Position numbers and translations under genes: made by a program. DNA of 64,000 bases, counting the filler, from Porpidia crustulata (lineage: Eukaryota), in assembly GCA_964255105.1 (NCBI GenBank). It is 18 parts of 18 records of this genome, joined end to end, with 100 filler letters (N's around TTAATTAATTAA, not from the genome) between each part and the next. Parts side by side here need not be neighbours in the genome. Positions count along the whole stretch, not along the records: positions 36,598 to 40,128 come from CAXUWE010002295.1; positions 40,229 to 43,757 come from CAXUWE010002296.1; positions 43,858 to 47,375 come from CAXUWE010002297.1; positions 47,476 to 50,992 come from CAXUWE010002298.1; 14 more parts are not named here. One strand, 5' to 3'. Positions 38,391-51,092 of the stretch are shown here, piece by piece; the stretch's first letter is position 1; the number at the start of each line of letters is the position of its first letter. The notes under the pieces are model-generated. The model saw only the letters and a program-made list of their open reading frames with translations. It was not told the origin of the DNA and ran no database searches.

Positions 38391-41076
38391 AATGTACTGA
38401 GATGATGGGAAATTCTATGTTTATGACTATCAAGTGGGACTGATTCAAGATAGGAAAGTAGGGACTGAGATGATCCTTTGCTAGGGCATGAAAGTCGAGA
38501 GGTAAGCATTATATGAACTTTTGCCACAAAGCTAGCTTAGGAGAATAAGAATACTGCCACTGCTGCAATCCAACCTTGGGATCGCAAACGATTGGTGCAC
38601 AGCATATGAAGAAGAGATCGAATGGACAGGTCTATGTGACCAGGCATCAAGGCACAAGATAATCTGAGGCGCAGTAAGAAACCTCCGTATAGTTCCAGCG
38701 CCAGAAGGGTATCGTCGTATCATTTGCATGAGATTGCCCACCATGACTTTAAGCTCTTCCGCTAGCATCTGTATACTTGGGTCATCTTATGCGGTGAGAA
38801 CTTAGGCCATCGTACAGCTCGGCACCCATGAGCAATGGATATGTGCAACGACAAAATCGTATTGTCGACAAGCGAGCTAGGGCTTCTATGATCGACTTTC
38901 CTTAGTGCAAAGCCGAGCCGCAAGGGAGAGCCGCTCCGTATCTTCCTCACCCGCTCATCTAGACCACTGCGACACTTCTGCTCCACTGCCAAGCTATTGG
39001 GATTGAGCAATCCTTCAGGCATTGCGGAGATACCCTCTTCGCATGGGTTGCTGTTTCGGAAGTGTAAAAGAGGACCATGATGGAAATTTGTAACAGAAAT
39101 ATCAATTCTTCTAAGGGCGCGAATCTGCAATATATACGGACCGATCTAGCTTGGATTCGATAACTATAACGATCGAATCCCTTCTATAAAGTATCATAGC
39201 GTAATCATTATCGCAATATGCCTGATAGGCTATTGGGCCCAGTTGAACAGCATTCCTGCTGCATGAATTTCCCTCGTCCTTTGGTGCCAGCAGGTGAGGC
39301 CGACCATGCATTTCGAGCTGAATACTACTTTTTCCACTTGCCCTCCCTATTCCACAGATAGTCCTGAGAAATGCGTTGAGTGGCTCTAGGTTGCGCTGCA
39401 GACGATGAAGCTATCACTTCATTTCCCGAATATGACCCAATCGAGCCGATGTATTCGCAGGATGTGATGATTCGGACGGGTGTGAGGATGCATGAAAACC
39501 AGCTGCGAGTCACAGCGGAGAAGGGGCTGAAAACCAACGTGGTCCGCGTCGATGCGACGGGACGCCTTATTGACTATCAGGCAAGCGGTCCCTCGGACAC
39601 GGCCGTTATCTTCAGGTCTGCCTGCTGTGGCGTGGATACACGAGGCGAGGTAGCAATGATTCAGGAAGCACTGTGATACGGGATCCTGACAAAGCTGCCT
39701 TGTTCCGTCGCTGTCAGACACATCAATATGATGAGGATAAATGACGCATCCCCGTGCTCTTCGGGCCGAAAACGGATCTCACCCGTTAGTGCTCAATCTT
39801 ATGACCGTTCGCGCGTAGGCTGTGTGCAGATGAATTATCTCATCCGATAAAGCATGTCGTTTATGACTTGTGACTGGTCTAACTTTCGTCGCTCTTCCCT
39901 CTCTGCTGTTTTTCTCTTAATTTCTAATTGTTATCGTAATATCTAAATGCTTTCATTTCGTTAACGTAAATACGTCTTTATATTTGAAATTTTCTTATAA
40001 TAGATTTATTAAATCTTCATCAGACTCTCACGAAACGAGATAATGATACATTTAATCTATTGAAGAATTTCTAATTGTGAGGGGTCGTAGTGAACTATAT
40101 CAATTGACTAGACTAAGCCTATAATACANNNNNNNNNNNNNNNNNNNNNNNNNNNNNNNNNNNNNNNNNNNNTTAATTAATTAANNNNNNNNNNNNNNNN
40201 NNNNNNNNNNNNNNNNNNNNNNNNNNNNGGCACAGCCTACCTTATTAGCAAGTGGCAGATGACCGTCTCCTCGCTTTGCGCCGTGGCCGGGCGTTGGGGG
40301 GAGGGGCGGGGGGGCGTAAGTGGCGCCGGTAGCGCCTGAAGAAGATGGAATCTGGCGCCCTTTGGCTACCGAACTTGGGAAACCGGCCAAAACAACAGAG
40401 TTCCAACATTGACCCGGAAAGCATATGATCGTGCTACAGTGTGCAGGTGGTGATGCTGTTCCATCCCAAAGACGCTCCAAGGCTGATAGAGCCGCCTACT
40501 AGATTCCCAGCTACGCAGGATGGAGGGTGACTACTAGATGGAATTAGCAATAATAACGATTTATAATCGAGAGATTATCTATCTCCCCACCTCCCCCGGA
40601 CATGCAGATGCAGGAGCCGTGAGAGGATCATGTAAGGAAACGTAAGACGGGAAGAAAGAGTACCTACAGCCAAGGTAGCTAACTACCTTGCACGTGCATA
40701 TGTACGACAGTAGGTGCTTGCACACGTACGGCTGAGATCTCACGCGAATCCAATAAAACAGCGCAAGGCTGCAAATGCACGAGATATTAATATTCATGAC
40801 AAGAATATCAATGTCTTCATCTAACCTCTCGTCTTAGAGCGCGTTGCTGCTGACAGAAATCTGCAACAGAGCGGCGCTTGTTTACGCTGCGGCCATCGTC
40901 TCATGATTTATGAGAGCCGTGTAACCCATCCCAAACGTCTATTGCGAAGCGAGTAAAGAGAGCCGAGTACAACAGATGAGCGCAAGGCTGCAAGACCGCC
41001 ATTGCATCAAGGCTCTTTTCACAGATCTTTCGCACGACAAGTCGAAGACCCGCAATCCCACTTTTTCAGAATCAAT

Positions 41077-43753
41077 ATGAGTCTCAGCGAAGAGCGGCCC
41101 CGAACGCAGGCTTTTGACATTAATGCCGCCATACATGCACCTTTCGATGGACTTGACGAGGACAAATTGAAAGACAAGGTCATAGCATTCGTTGACGAGG
41201 CTGGTCTCAACGACGATGAGGTCTACTTTTTGAAAGCAGGGTTTATTGCCCAGAGTGACGAAGCATTTACAGGCGATCCCAATGACGGGCCATTCCAGCT
41301 CACTCTTACTCAACCAGAGAAGACCTGTTTACGGGAGGAGAAGACCAGGAGATGGAAACATCCGGGAGCTCTATGGCGGCTGGTAGCTCTTTGTGCGCTT
41401 GGCGCCGCCGTCCAAGGTTGGGACGAGGCCGCCGTGGATGGGGGTATGTCAAGACAACAAGTTGGCGATATGTTAGCTATCCAATTAAGCTACCGTGCTA
41501 ATGTCAACGAAAGCGCAAATATACTACACATGGGCCTTTGGCATTGGCAATTCTCCAAAGGCGCCGAACAAGCATAACGAAATCATCATTGGCTTCGTCA
41601 ATTCGGCCCCCTACTTATGCTGCGCTTTGAGCTGCTGGTAAGTACCTCCAACAATATACCTTTGGTATTGATCTTTACTGAGGCCATTCGTGATGCAGGC
41701 TCACGCAACCCCTGAATTATATGCTAGGCCGCCGAGGCACTATATTTCTCGCCTGTATATTTTCCTCCGCCTTCTGCCTGGGCCAAGCTTTTTCATGGAG
41801 CTGGCAGAGTATGGTTGCTTTTCGATTCTTGCTAGGCTTAGGCATCGGACCCAAAAGCGCTACAATTCCGATCTACGCGTCAGAATGCGCACCTGCTAAT
41901 GTACGGGGGGCTCTTGTCATGATGTGGCAAGTTTTCACCGCGTTTGGAATCATGTGTGGGTTTTTTGTTGGGCCCGCATTTCGAGGCGTGGCAAGGGGCC
42001 ATGAGAGCGATGCTGGACAGTATTGTGACTCGCGTGGTAATACATCCAGGCTACTCTCTACCACTTGCGTAAGTTATCATACGACCTCTTCGTTCTACCT
42101 CTTCTACGAGCCGATTCGCCTTCCTCAATGAACCTTGCGCACGTTATCGTTCAATTCTTCCAGATTGAATCCCATGTCATTGTGCTTCAAATCAGTCATA
42201 TTGAGCTTTCATAAGAACCACGCTGATTGGATCGGAGCAATATAGAGTCTTAATTGGCGACTGATGATTGGAAGCCCTGTAAGTACCTCTAAACATCGCC
42301 ATCGTCCGAACATGGCTGATTCGCACAACAGATGATCGCCCCTGTTATCTTAGCAATGTACATCTACACGCAGCCTGAATCCCCCCGGTGGCTCCTCGCC
42401 AAAGCGCACAAGGCGATCCATGCAGGCCAGGAAGCGAGGTCAAAAGAGTACTACGCGGAAGTTTTCCAGTCTTTAATTTCGCTGCGTCACTCCAAGCTGC
42501 AAGCGGCACGCGATATGATGCTGATCCACTTTCGCTTGCGCAAGGAAGAGGAATTACGTGCACAAAACAACACTACCTGGTACAAACGAGGTGTATGGGA
42601 GCTTTTCAGCAAAAGAAGGAATAGAAGAGCAGTAATTGCGAGTCTTGTCACAATGTTTTTTCAGCAGTTTTGCGGCATAAATGTTTTAATCTACTATTCA
42701 AGCACTGTACTCGAGCAGGCTTCATATTCATCTTATGTTGCGTTGCTGGTAAGTACTGCCTTCAAGGACTGCTAGACTAGAAGCCTGCTTATAGATGTGG
42801 CTAGTATTCGATGGGAATCGGCATCATCAACTTCACTTGCGCTCTTCCGGCCTTTTACACCATCGACACGTTCGGTCGTAGGAATCTCCTCCTTGTCACG
42901 TTTCCCTTCCTCGCATTATTCCAACTACTCAACGCCATCGCATTCAAACTCAAGGGCGCTGCGCAAACGCGCCTGATTATCACTGGCATGTACCTCTTCA
43001 GTATTGCATACAGTCCTGGAGAAGGACCTGTGCCATTTGTTCGTATCATCCAAGTACCTATCACAATCAGACATGCGGAGTAACTAATCTAACGAATAGG
43101 TGTATTCTGCCGAGAGCATGCCACTGTACATTCGTGACCTCGGTACGTTGCTCTAACATTGCTTTGCATGTACTCTGGTACTCCTCCCTCAAACAGCCCA
43201 AACTAACCCAGAGACATTTGCTTTAGGTATGGGCCTGGTCACTTCAATCAATTGGCTCTTCAATTTTGTCATCGCTGTTACTCTCCCCAGCTACCTTGGC
43301 TCCTTTGGCGGTTTCGGCACTTTTATGTGGTATTTTGGGTGGTGCATCATCGGCTGGTTCCTCATCTTCACGTAAGTCACTTCACTACATCCCCATTACC
43401 CTACCCGACCGCCATGCATCTACCCCGACCTCGTTAACCGAATCACTACCCACTTGTCCCTTTCCTATCCCCTCTCCACCCGGAAAATCCACTAACATCC
43501 CGCCCTTACAACCAGACTCGTCCCCGAAACCAAATCCCTCGAGCTCGAAGAACTCGACGCCGTGTTCGACACCTCGACATCCAACTCCGCCTACTTCTTC
43601 TGGAAAGAAGGCGAGTGGGCGGTCCAGAAGTACCTTTTCCGGCAACGGGGGCGTCAGAGACCCGTGCTGCTGGCAGACCCGGTCGAGAACCTGTCGATTC
43701 CGCTGAGTCCGATGAGGAGGCGAACGACGGTGTATTCGCAGGGAGAGGCTTGA
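41077..43753 (+). CDS. MFS sugar-porter family transporter; multi-exon
   Basis: GAAVQGWD, LGRRGTIF, PIYASECAPANVRGALVMMWQ, PESPRWL, QQFCGINVLIYYS, DTFGRRNLL, YSPGEGPVPF and PETK. Confidence 0.93.
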
Positions 43754-43857
43754 TTGGNNNNNNNNNNNNNNNNNNNNNNNNNNNNNNNNNNNNNNNNNNN
43801 NTTAATTAATTAANNNNNNNNNNNNNNNNNNNNNNNNNNNNNNNNNNNNNNNNNNNN

Positions 43858-45462
43858 GCCGCCTCCCCCTCCCATTCCATCCTGACGAATACCGGAATCT
43901 CCAACACATCCTCATCCTCAACAATCTCCGCAGTTTGCTCAATACCCGCGCTGACCACCTCGACCACCACCGTCGTCCAGTTCCTCCCTTTATCCCATAC
44001 TTTCCCCGCCTCTGCTACTCTGCTTTCGCCGCTGCCAGTTGACGAATCCGTCGTCTTGGATTTGCCGCTGACGAGCTTGCTGAAGCGAGTCTCCGCCGCC
44101 TCGCCGCCGCCGAGCGCTTCGTCCCACGCGTCCGTGTTGGCGCCGATGTCGAATTGAGGGCAGAGGATCGTGACTTTGTGGCTGTATCTTCCGGGGGTCT
44201 GCGAGGGGGTGGCCAGGGTGATTTTCACGGCATCAAACATTGGGTTCTTCAGCGTGAGGAGGAATTGACTTGCGCAAAGCGTCGGGAGGTTTTCGAGATC
44301 GACTGTTGGTTGTCCCGGGGATTGCAGAGGTTTCAGCGATATCGTGGGGATGTAATTGAGAGCGACGAGCCGGATTCGGAACCGGGTGCTCGTGATTTTG
44401 GGTTCCGGTTTGACGAGGATGTGCCGGCAGGTACGACAGCGTTTGCTGCGTTTGGTACGAAGGATCTGTGCAACGGGGCGGATGTCGTCGATGAAGTGGG
44501 GCGGATGACGTTGTTCGTCACGTTGTGCGGCGCTGGCAGTGCCAGCCCACCCTTCTGTACGTAGTTTCTCAACGGCATTTGCGTCGGATGTAGGATTTAT
44601 GACATGTAAACCTTCAGAAGGGACGGCGCTTTCGCGCATGAGTTTTGATTTCGTGGAAGACTTTTTGCCATAGGAGCCGAGTCCAGTGTATAGGCTCATA
44701 ATGCGCGCGAGGCTGCTAGGCGAGTTATAATTGTAATCACCTGAGGGTGTCAGGATAGGGTTGCTGGAGGGGGCGGTTGAGGAGAGCTGGGAGGAGAGGA
44801 AGGACTTGAGGGTATGGAACTTTGCGTCGGGGTCGTTGTCCGGAGGATTGTCAGGGGCGGGTTCTATTTCTTCTGAGGAGTTCTTGGAGGACACTGGTCT
44901 TAGTGTCCCGCCATTGTTGAGCTTAGACAGCTGAGCTGCAATGTTACTGGGCCTATCGAATCGAATGCCGATGTCTAGAGTTGTCCAATTGCAATATCCA
45001 CAAGCCAGAATCCAGGGTCCATTGATTGGGTTTCCTTTGGGGTCGAACGTGCTCACAGTCATGGGTCCGATACATATTGGGCAGTTGAAGCAGTTTCTAC
45101 TACATCTATAAAAATGTTAGTTATGGCTCATTTTATGACGACGGTCACAAAAAGAAGCCGAGTAATCTTACCTACCTATAACCATCACTTCTCAACATGG
45201 CGCTTGGCATTTCGAAAAGACAAGTGGGGCAGTACCAGCAGACAATCTCCTCGATAGTGCATCTTGGACATCGTATTTGCTGGCAGTCCTCGCAGTACAG
45301 AAGGTGCTCGAGAGGATACAACGAAAAGTTTGCCCGCGACGATCTTGGATCAAAGGCTCGCTCCTGCTCTGCATCATTATCGACTTGTGACGCATTTGGG
45401 ATATTGGTCGGTACGGATACATCAGCGCATGGACAGCTTATGTAAGTGTATGGAAAAGACAT
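43858..45462 (-). CDS. DCTN4: Dynactin p62 subunit (DCTN4/ro-2), 3'-truncated; exons 45462-45176 and 45105-43858
   Basis: LLYCEDCQQIRCPRC, CPTCLFE, RNCFNCPIC, LACGYCNWT, LRTKRSKRCRTCRHILVKPE and FLLTLKNP. Confidence 0.93.
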
Positions 45463-46276
45463 TGCTTTGTCAACAAGAAGCGTCATGTACGCACGGTACG
45501 GTAGGATTTGCGCAGAACGCTCCGATCACAGCGATTCGCTTCAAAGATATCTAGAATTCCTCTTTCGGTCTAGGGCTGTTTAGATAGTAACGTCCTTGCC
45601 GATGTCTCTCGTTGGTCTTGTTCTATCAAGCCTTTCCAATAATCAAATCTTTCTGCTCCTTCGAGTCTCTCGATGACCATCTAGTTCTATTGGCAAGTGG
45701 TCAAAATCTGCGAAGTGCATGTTGCCATGTGTGCATGTCTTGGCTCGCGCGCTGTATGGCTAATGTGGCAATTTTCCAAGCACCATTGGGACGAGCAAGC
45801 ACGATGGAAGGTAGGAAACAATGGTTACATTGTCACGGCCAACAGCATCTCTGTGGCATTCAGATCTTATCATAAGAATATTGGCTCCACCAGTCAAAAG
45901 CATCGGTAGATGGTCACCCTCTTTCCGCAATTATCCTTTTTTGGCCCGCCGTCTCCTTCGCCATACAGTCTATTATGAAATAAGCCAGACGTCTGAGTAA
46001 TCGGTCTGTCAGTATTGATGATCTTATGCAACGTTTTTTCTAGCGGAACCCAGTTGGTACTGAATGGAGCATTTCCTGTATACAGCATAGGGTTGGCCTG
46101 ATGCAATGCAAGAGTCCGCATTCATTCCTCCGCTGCATGTTATTTCCCCCGCAACCAACAACGGCCTGAGGTTCCTTCAAAAGCGTTCACTTTTCATTTC
46201 TTCAAAATGCTTCTACCTCTAAGTAGGCTTATCTTTTTCATTGGTTCCTACTACCTCATACATTTTCAATCTCATC

Positions 46277-47350
46277 ATGTCTAATCCAGTCTCGAAGCAA
46301 TCTCTGCTCGGTTTTGTGCGAGAATTAGAAACTGCTACGAGAACATTACCTGATGATGATGCTCTCGACGAACACGACCGCATAAACATCCAAGCGGTCG
46401 CCTCGAGATTATCGGCTGCCTTACAATCTCCTCAAGAAGCCCTAGCCAAAATCAGATTCCAGGTAATACCAGCTACTTGTTCCGGCTTGTGGAAGCAAAT
46501 GAACGTTTACTAACATGTTCCGATCCTAAAGCCTCATCAAAGCGCTGCGGCAAGAGTAGCAGTTGAGGGTAAATGGTTCCATGCTCTCGCTGATAGCATG
46601 CCAAAGACAGCGAAAGATTTAGCTTCCATGACAGGGGCTCAGGAGCTTTTGATAGGTAAAGCGTTCATTTCAGTATCGGGGAAATATAGAGGCTCCCGAT
46701 CGTACTAAGCTTCGACGGTCCTTCAGTTCGCATCATGAGGATTCTGACTGCCACGAATATCGTTCAAGAGGTTGGGCCGACCAAGTACAAAGCTACACCA
46801 GTTTCCCAGCTCTTGACCCAGCCTGCAGCTGCAAATGGTCTGAAACACTTGTGAGTGCAAAAATCCCGGCATTCTGCCGATCTAAATCGTTAGAACTCCT
46901 ACAACAGCTTCGATATCTGCGCACCAGTACTGCTACGTCTCCCGCAATACCTGGCTCGAAACGGATACCAAGTTCCCGAAGACCCAGAAACCGCCCCCTT
47001 CGCCGATACCTGGGGCTCGGTTTCGTGGAAATTTTTGGACAGCGAGCCTGCCCGCGGCGAAACTTTCAATTCATTCATGACGGACAGGAGCAACGGAAAC
47101 ATCAGTTGGCTCGACTACTACCCCTTTGCCACCCGCTTGGGCCACGGTTTGGACCCTGATGGGGTGCTTTTCGTCGACGTCGGCGGGGGCTACGGGCACA
47201 TGATACAAGACTTCAAAGCCAAGTACAACACGCTGCCCGGCCGGTTGATCCTCCAAGACCTCCCTAGCGCGTTCTCCAAGGCTGAGGAGTTGAAAATTGA
47301 AGGCATCGAACCCATGGTGCACGACTTCTTCACCCCTCAACTCATCAAAG
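46277..47350 (+). CDS. SAM-dependent O-methyltransferase (COMT-type, family 2), 3'-truncated; exons 46277-46462, 46532-46654, 46727-46850, 46908-47350
   Basis: Dimerisation/wHTH segment (LIVRIMRIL), then FVDVGGGYGH, LILQDLP and HDFFTPQ. Confidence 0.9.
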
Positions 47351-47866
47351 GTAAGCAGCCTCCCCTTCACCACACNNNNNNNNNNNNNNNNNNNNNNNNN
47401 NNNNNNNNNNNNNNNNNNNTTAATTAATTAANNNNNNNNNNNNNNNNNNNNNNNNNNNNNNNNNNNNNNNNNNNNAGGATGACCTCTCTAAGTTTCGCCG
47501 AACCTAGAGTAAGACGTGACTTCACGCCAACTTATGCCTCACCACTTTGCTTGCATGCCCAAGGTCCGTTGCGTCCATTTGCACCCCCCTCTTTGTGCCC
47601 CAGGCGTGCTCGCTCGCTGCTCGCTCATACTCTCTCCGTGCTCCCCCCATGAGCCACTTCCTACTTTCTTGATTACTTACTACAGCGATTGAGGTCCTGC
47701 GACTTTCCAATGAGAAGCGGCCGTGCAGCTCGGATTGAGATGTTGATCGGTTACGACCCTCTGGTTGTAGTTTACATCAATAGTTCTCAAAGTTGATCAT
47801 AATCTGCATCGAGGGTCGTGGTCCCTGGAGATGTGAGGTGGGTTTAGAGAAAGATTGAGAGATGAG

Positions 47867-47914
47867 GAGATGAGTGGGGAGATGAGTGGGGAGATGAGTG
47901 GGGAGATGAGTGGG
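47867..47914 (+). repeat. Tandem repeat (GAGATGAGTGGG)x4
   Basis: Four exact 12-nt copies read directly from the sequence. Confidence 0.9.
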
Positions 47915-48147
47915 GGTCTTGGGATAGTGTGTGAGGGTTATAGCTGGCTGGTGTAGAGGAAGTTGGAGTGGGATGTTTTTCATGTATGATTTGTGACGTT
48001 TAGGGAAGCAAGTGGTGGTCAATTATTGTCTATTGAAGGAATCGATCAGTTATTAAGCTTTCATGAAGACCTCTGCACTGCATGTCGAAATATCGCTTGG
48101 CTGTTGGCGAAGAGTTGAGCTTCTCGTCGGTCCTAGTTTCTACATTG

Positions 48148-50468
48148 TCAGGGGTTTTGGCCATGTGCCCGTTTGGGACGCTTGTTAGCTTCCTGAAGAT
48201 CTTCACCGTCGGTAGACCCGGCATCCCGATCGTTCCTGCTTCTCTTTTTTGATCCATGCGTTTGCTGCGACAAAGTTTCCGCTTCAGGCGGCCTCTCGGT
48301 ATCACCTCCACTCCACACTGTTTGGTTGGTCCTCGATACCGTCTGGTTTGTGTTCAACGTAGCTTTGAACAGCTGTCTCTTGACATCTGTCATCCGACCA
48401 CCACGTGATGATGGAATGAGGTTTCCATCTGAATTCAGTTTGGTCGGTGTTGGACCGGGTTGTCCGTGTCTATAAAATCCTTCGTTGATGCATCGGAGAT
48501 CATACGCGGCTAGATCATCATCCAATTTTGTAGCAAGAGCCAATGCGGCAGCTTTTATCAGTTCGCCGAGATCTTCCGTCGCGTATTTCAGGATCCTGTT
48601 AATGATGTTGAAGACTCTTTCGCGCGAGTATTCACTGTCTTCATTGATCCTTGCGAATTCTTTGTACTCGAATTTGAGGCGATACTTTGGCTGATCCCGC
48701 ATAATGAGACATTTGGGGTTGGCATCTTCTGGGATCTCAACAGCTCGATGTAAACGAACAAGCATACCTTCTCTATTTGCCACTACTGAGAAAAATCTGA
48801 CTTTATTGAAAAAAATCTTCTTATGATCGGAGCCCGCATCGTTGAAAAATTCATACATGTTATGTAAAGCCTGGCTAGCGTTGTTTAAACTTTGATATTT
48901 CGCCTTGTTCGCGTTAATGCTGGTCATTCCTTTTGTGGCTTCAATAGTCAGAAAATGAAAGATTCGCGAAGCCCCAGAATCCACATTTTCGAAGCATGCG
49001 AGGGCTTGTGTGGGAGGAGGCAATGTTGTCCAGATATGTTCTGGTATTACAGAGTCCCTATTGAAACACAGGGAAAGATCAGGCTTCGGCTGCGTAAGGA
49101 AATTAACGTCAAAGGCTTGTTCGTCGGGAACTCTCCAGACAGCCCTCATAGGCATTGGTAGACACTGCCATGGTTCCTCGACGCTGAAATCGAGAATTTG
49201 AGTCCTGGTGGTTCCTTGCTGATACAGCAATGTGTGTCGTGCAATAAGGCTGATCATGAGCGTCCTCTGAAACAGCGCCTCGCTTGAAGTTCCAGTACAT
49301 TTAATCTTGTCAAGACACCAAAGCTCGTCGTGGCAGCGCCGTTGATCCATTGTCTCCGGAAGAAATTCCTCTAGATTTAGAGCGTTGATCTCATCAGACT
49401 GTGGATCTGGATCTAAGCTCGGTTCTATATTCACATTCCTACCACGTTGAAGACCAATTCTGAATTTTCCGCTTTCAGGGCCTGTTCTGGCCATGATTCT
49501 TGCAATCGCTGGATCTGCAAGGACAGCGATCAATACACACTCAGCTTCTTCACCTAGAGGTGGTAGATATCCCCACTTATAGTTGAATATTTCTTGTCGA
49601 TCAACGACAACTGTATCAGATGATTCGGCGTTGACTGAGTTCTCAGCGAGCAGGAGTTCTGAAATGCGTTTGATGGTCCTGATCTGGTCTACAAGATAAA
49701 CCGGCGCCGTATTCCGTGTGTGTTCCTCCAAAGCTTCCCTCGAAAGCGCTGTTGTCGGATTCTGGAGTTTGTGTTGTTCCACAAGATCATTATCATGGGA
49801 AACACCACTAGAGGCTAGCGGTGAGGAGTCGATTGGAATTCGATCGCTGGCTGCAGTGGCTGACGGAGCTCTAGAACTTTTACCCCGAGTTTGAATTTGG
49901 CGTGCTCCCGATTGTATGGCCTTGCCTACTAAAGGACCGGCAGAACGTCGCTGGTTACCTGATCCAGGATCTTGTGGGGTCTGCTCAATAGGCCCAGCAG
50001 CTTTCTTTGGTCGGCCGCGAGCTCTCTTTCCAGAGTGAGCATCAGGCGCCGTTACAGGGTCGCCGCTGCTAGGGTCTTCCCGGATTTTGCGAGGTTGGAT
50101 GCTTGACTTCGCTTGGTTTGTAGCGACCTTGGTACGAGCGGCAGCTTGTTTGGGCTTAGTAGTGGGTTTGGCACGACTGCCAGGGTGTGCCGAGGGCTGA
50201 AGGGTCTGAGTCTGACAACCTTGGGTTGTTCTGGCAGCAATCCTCGAAGACTGCCGACGAGCCGGTGCTACGGACGCGCCTCCTTTGAGCTGCGGAGTTT
50301 TGTAAGAAAGTGTTCCATGGTGCGGTAACAATAACACCAGGCTTTAGACATTGTCATGGGATGTGAAAGGCTTACATCCTCATAAGACCCCTTCACAGCA
50401 GATTGACCACGTTCTCTTTCTCGCGAAGGGTCTGCAACAACTTTCGCTTTCTTTCTCCCTCGAGGCAT
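48148..50468 (-). CDS. Hypothetical protein with a basic disordered N-terminus, an AT-hook and a PD-(D/E)xK-like C-terminal domain; exons 50468-50376 and 50289-48148
   Basis: MPRGRKK start, phase-0 GTAAGC...CAG intron 50375-50290, KRARGRPKK, and QPKPDLSLCF...FLTIEATKG...KYQSLNNASQAL. Confidence 0.75.
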
Positions 50469-51092
50469 GAACGCCGTATGCCAAAAGCCTTACCAACTCT
50501 TTCAAAGTATGAGTCAGAAAAGAAGAAGAATCGATGCAATACCACAAGGCAATCAATGAATTATTAATACTCTCTCGGGCACAAAGGTGATGGTTGTGTG
50601 GTAAATTTAGGCCCGCAGCCGCCACAGCTCCGACAAAACGTATTGACTCCAGCGCGTATGACATCTGTTTGCATACTTGCATACCTGAGCAGACTGTTGT
50701 TTTCCTTCTGTTCAGGGTGCGCGCTAGTCCTATTTGGTCAACCACAAAAGTCTTCTATGCGGTTCTCTTGTAGCTAAATAGGTCCACCACCTCATAGCAG
50801 CGGACAAGACTTTCTAGTCCTTTCATCTCGACGTACACCTACGCGCACCTATATTGCTAGTAACACCTAGCCCAAGAGAACCTCAAGACGGTGGATGGGG
50901 TGCAGTGGTATTGGGAGACAGGATGTGCAGGGACGGGAGCTGGGGAAACGGGGCTAGGCACTTACATGCAGCTAAGCGTGCGGTAGGCAAGGNNNNNNNN
51001 NNNNNNNNNNNNNNNNNNNNNNNNNNNNNNNNNNNNTTAATTAATTAANNNNNNNNNNNNNNNNNNNNNNNNNNNNNNNNNNNNNNNNNNNN

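Noticed and set aside
39380..39676. ORF with faint resemblance to a Zn-dehydrogenase N-terminus
   Set aside because: Non-ATG start, no GHE motif, and too little similarity to call.
36598..47375. Apparent biosynthetic cluster (KMO, MFS transporter, O-methyltransferase)
   Set aside because: The genes lie on separate contigs ordered only by length.
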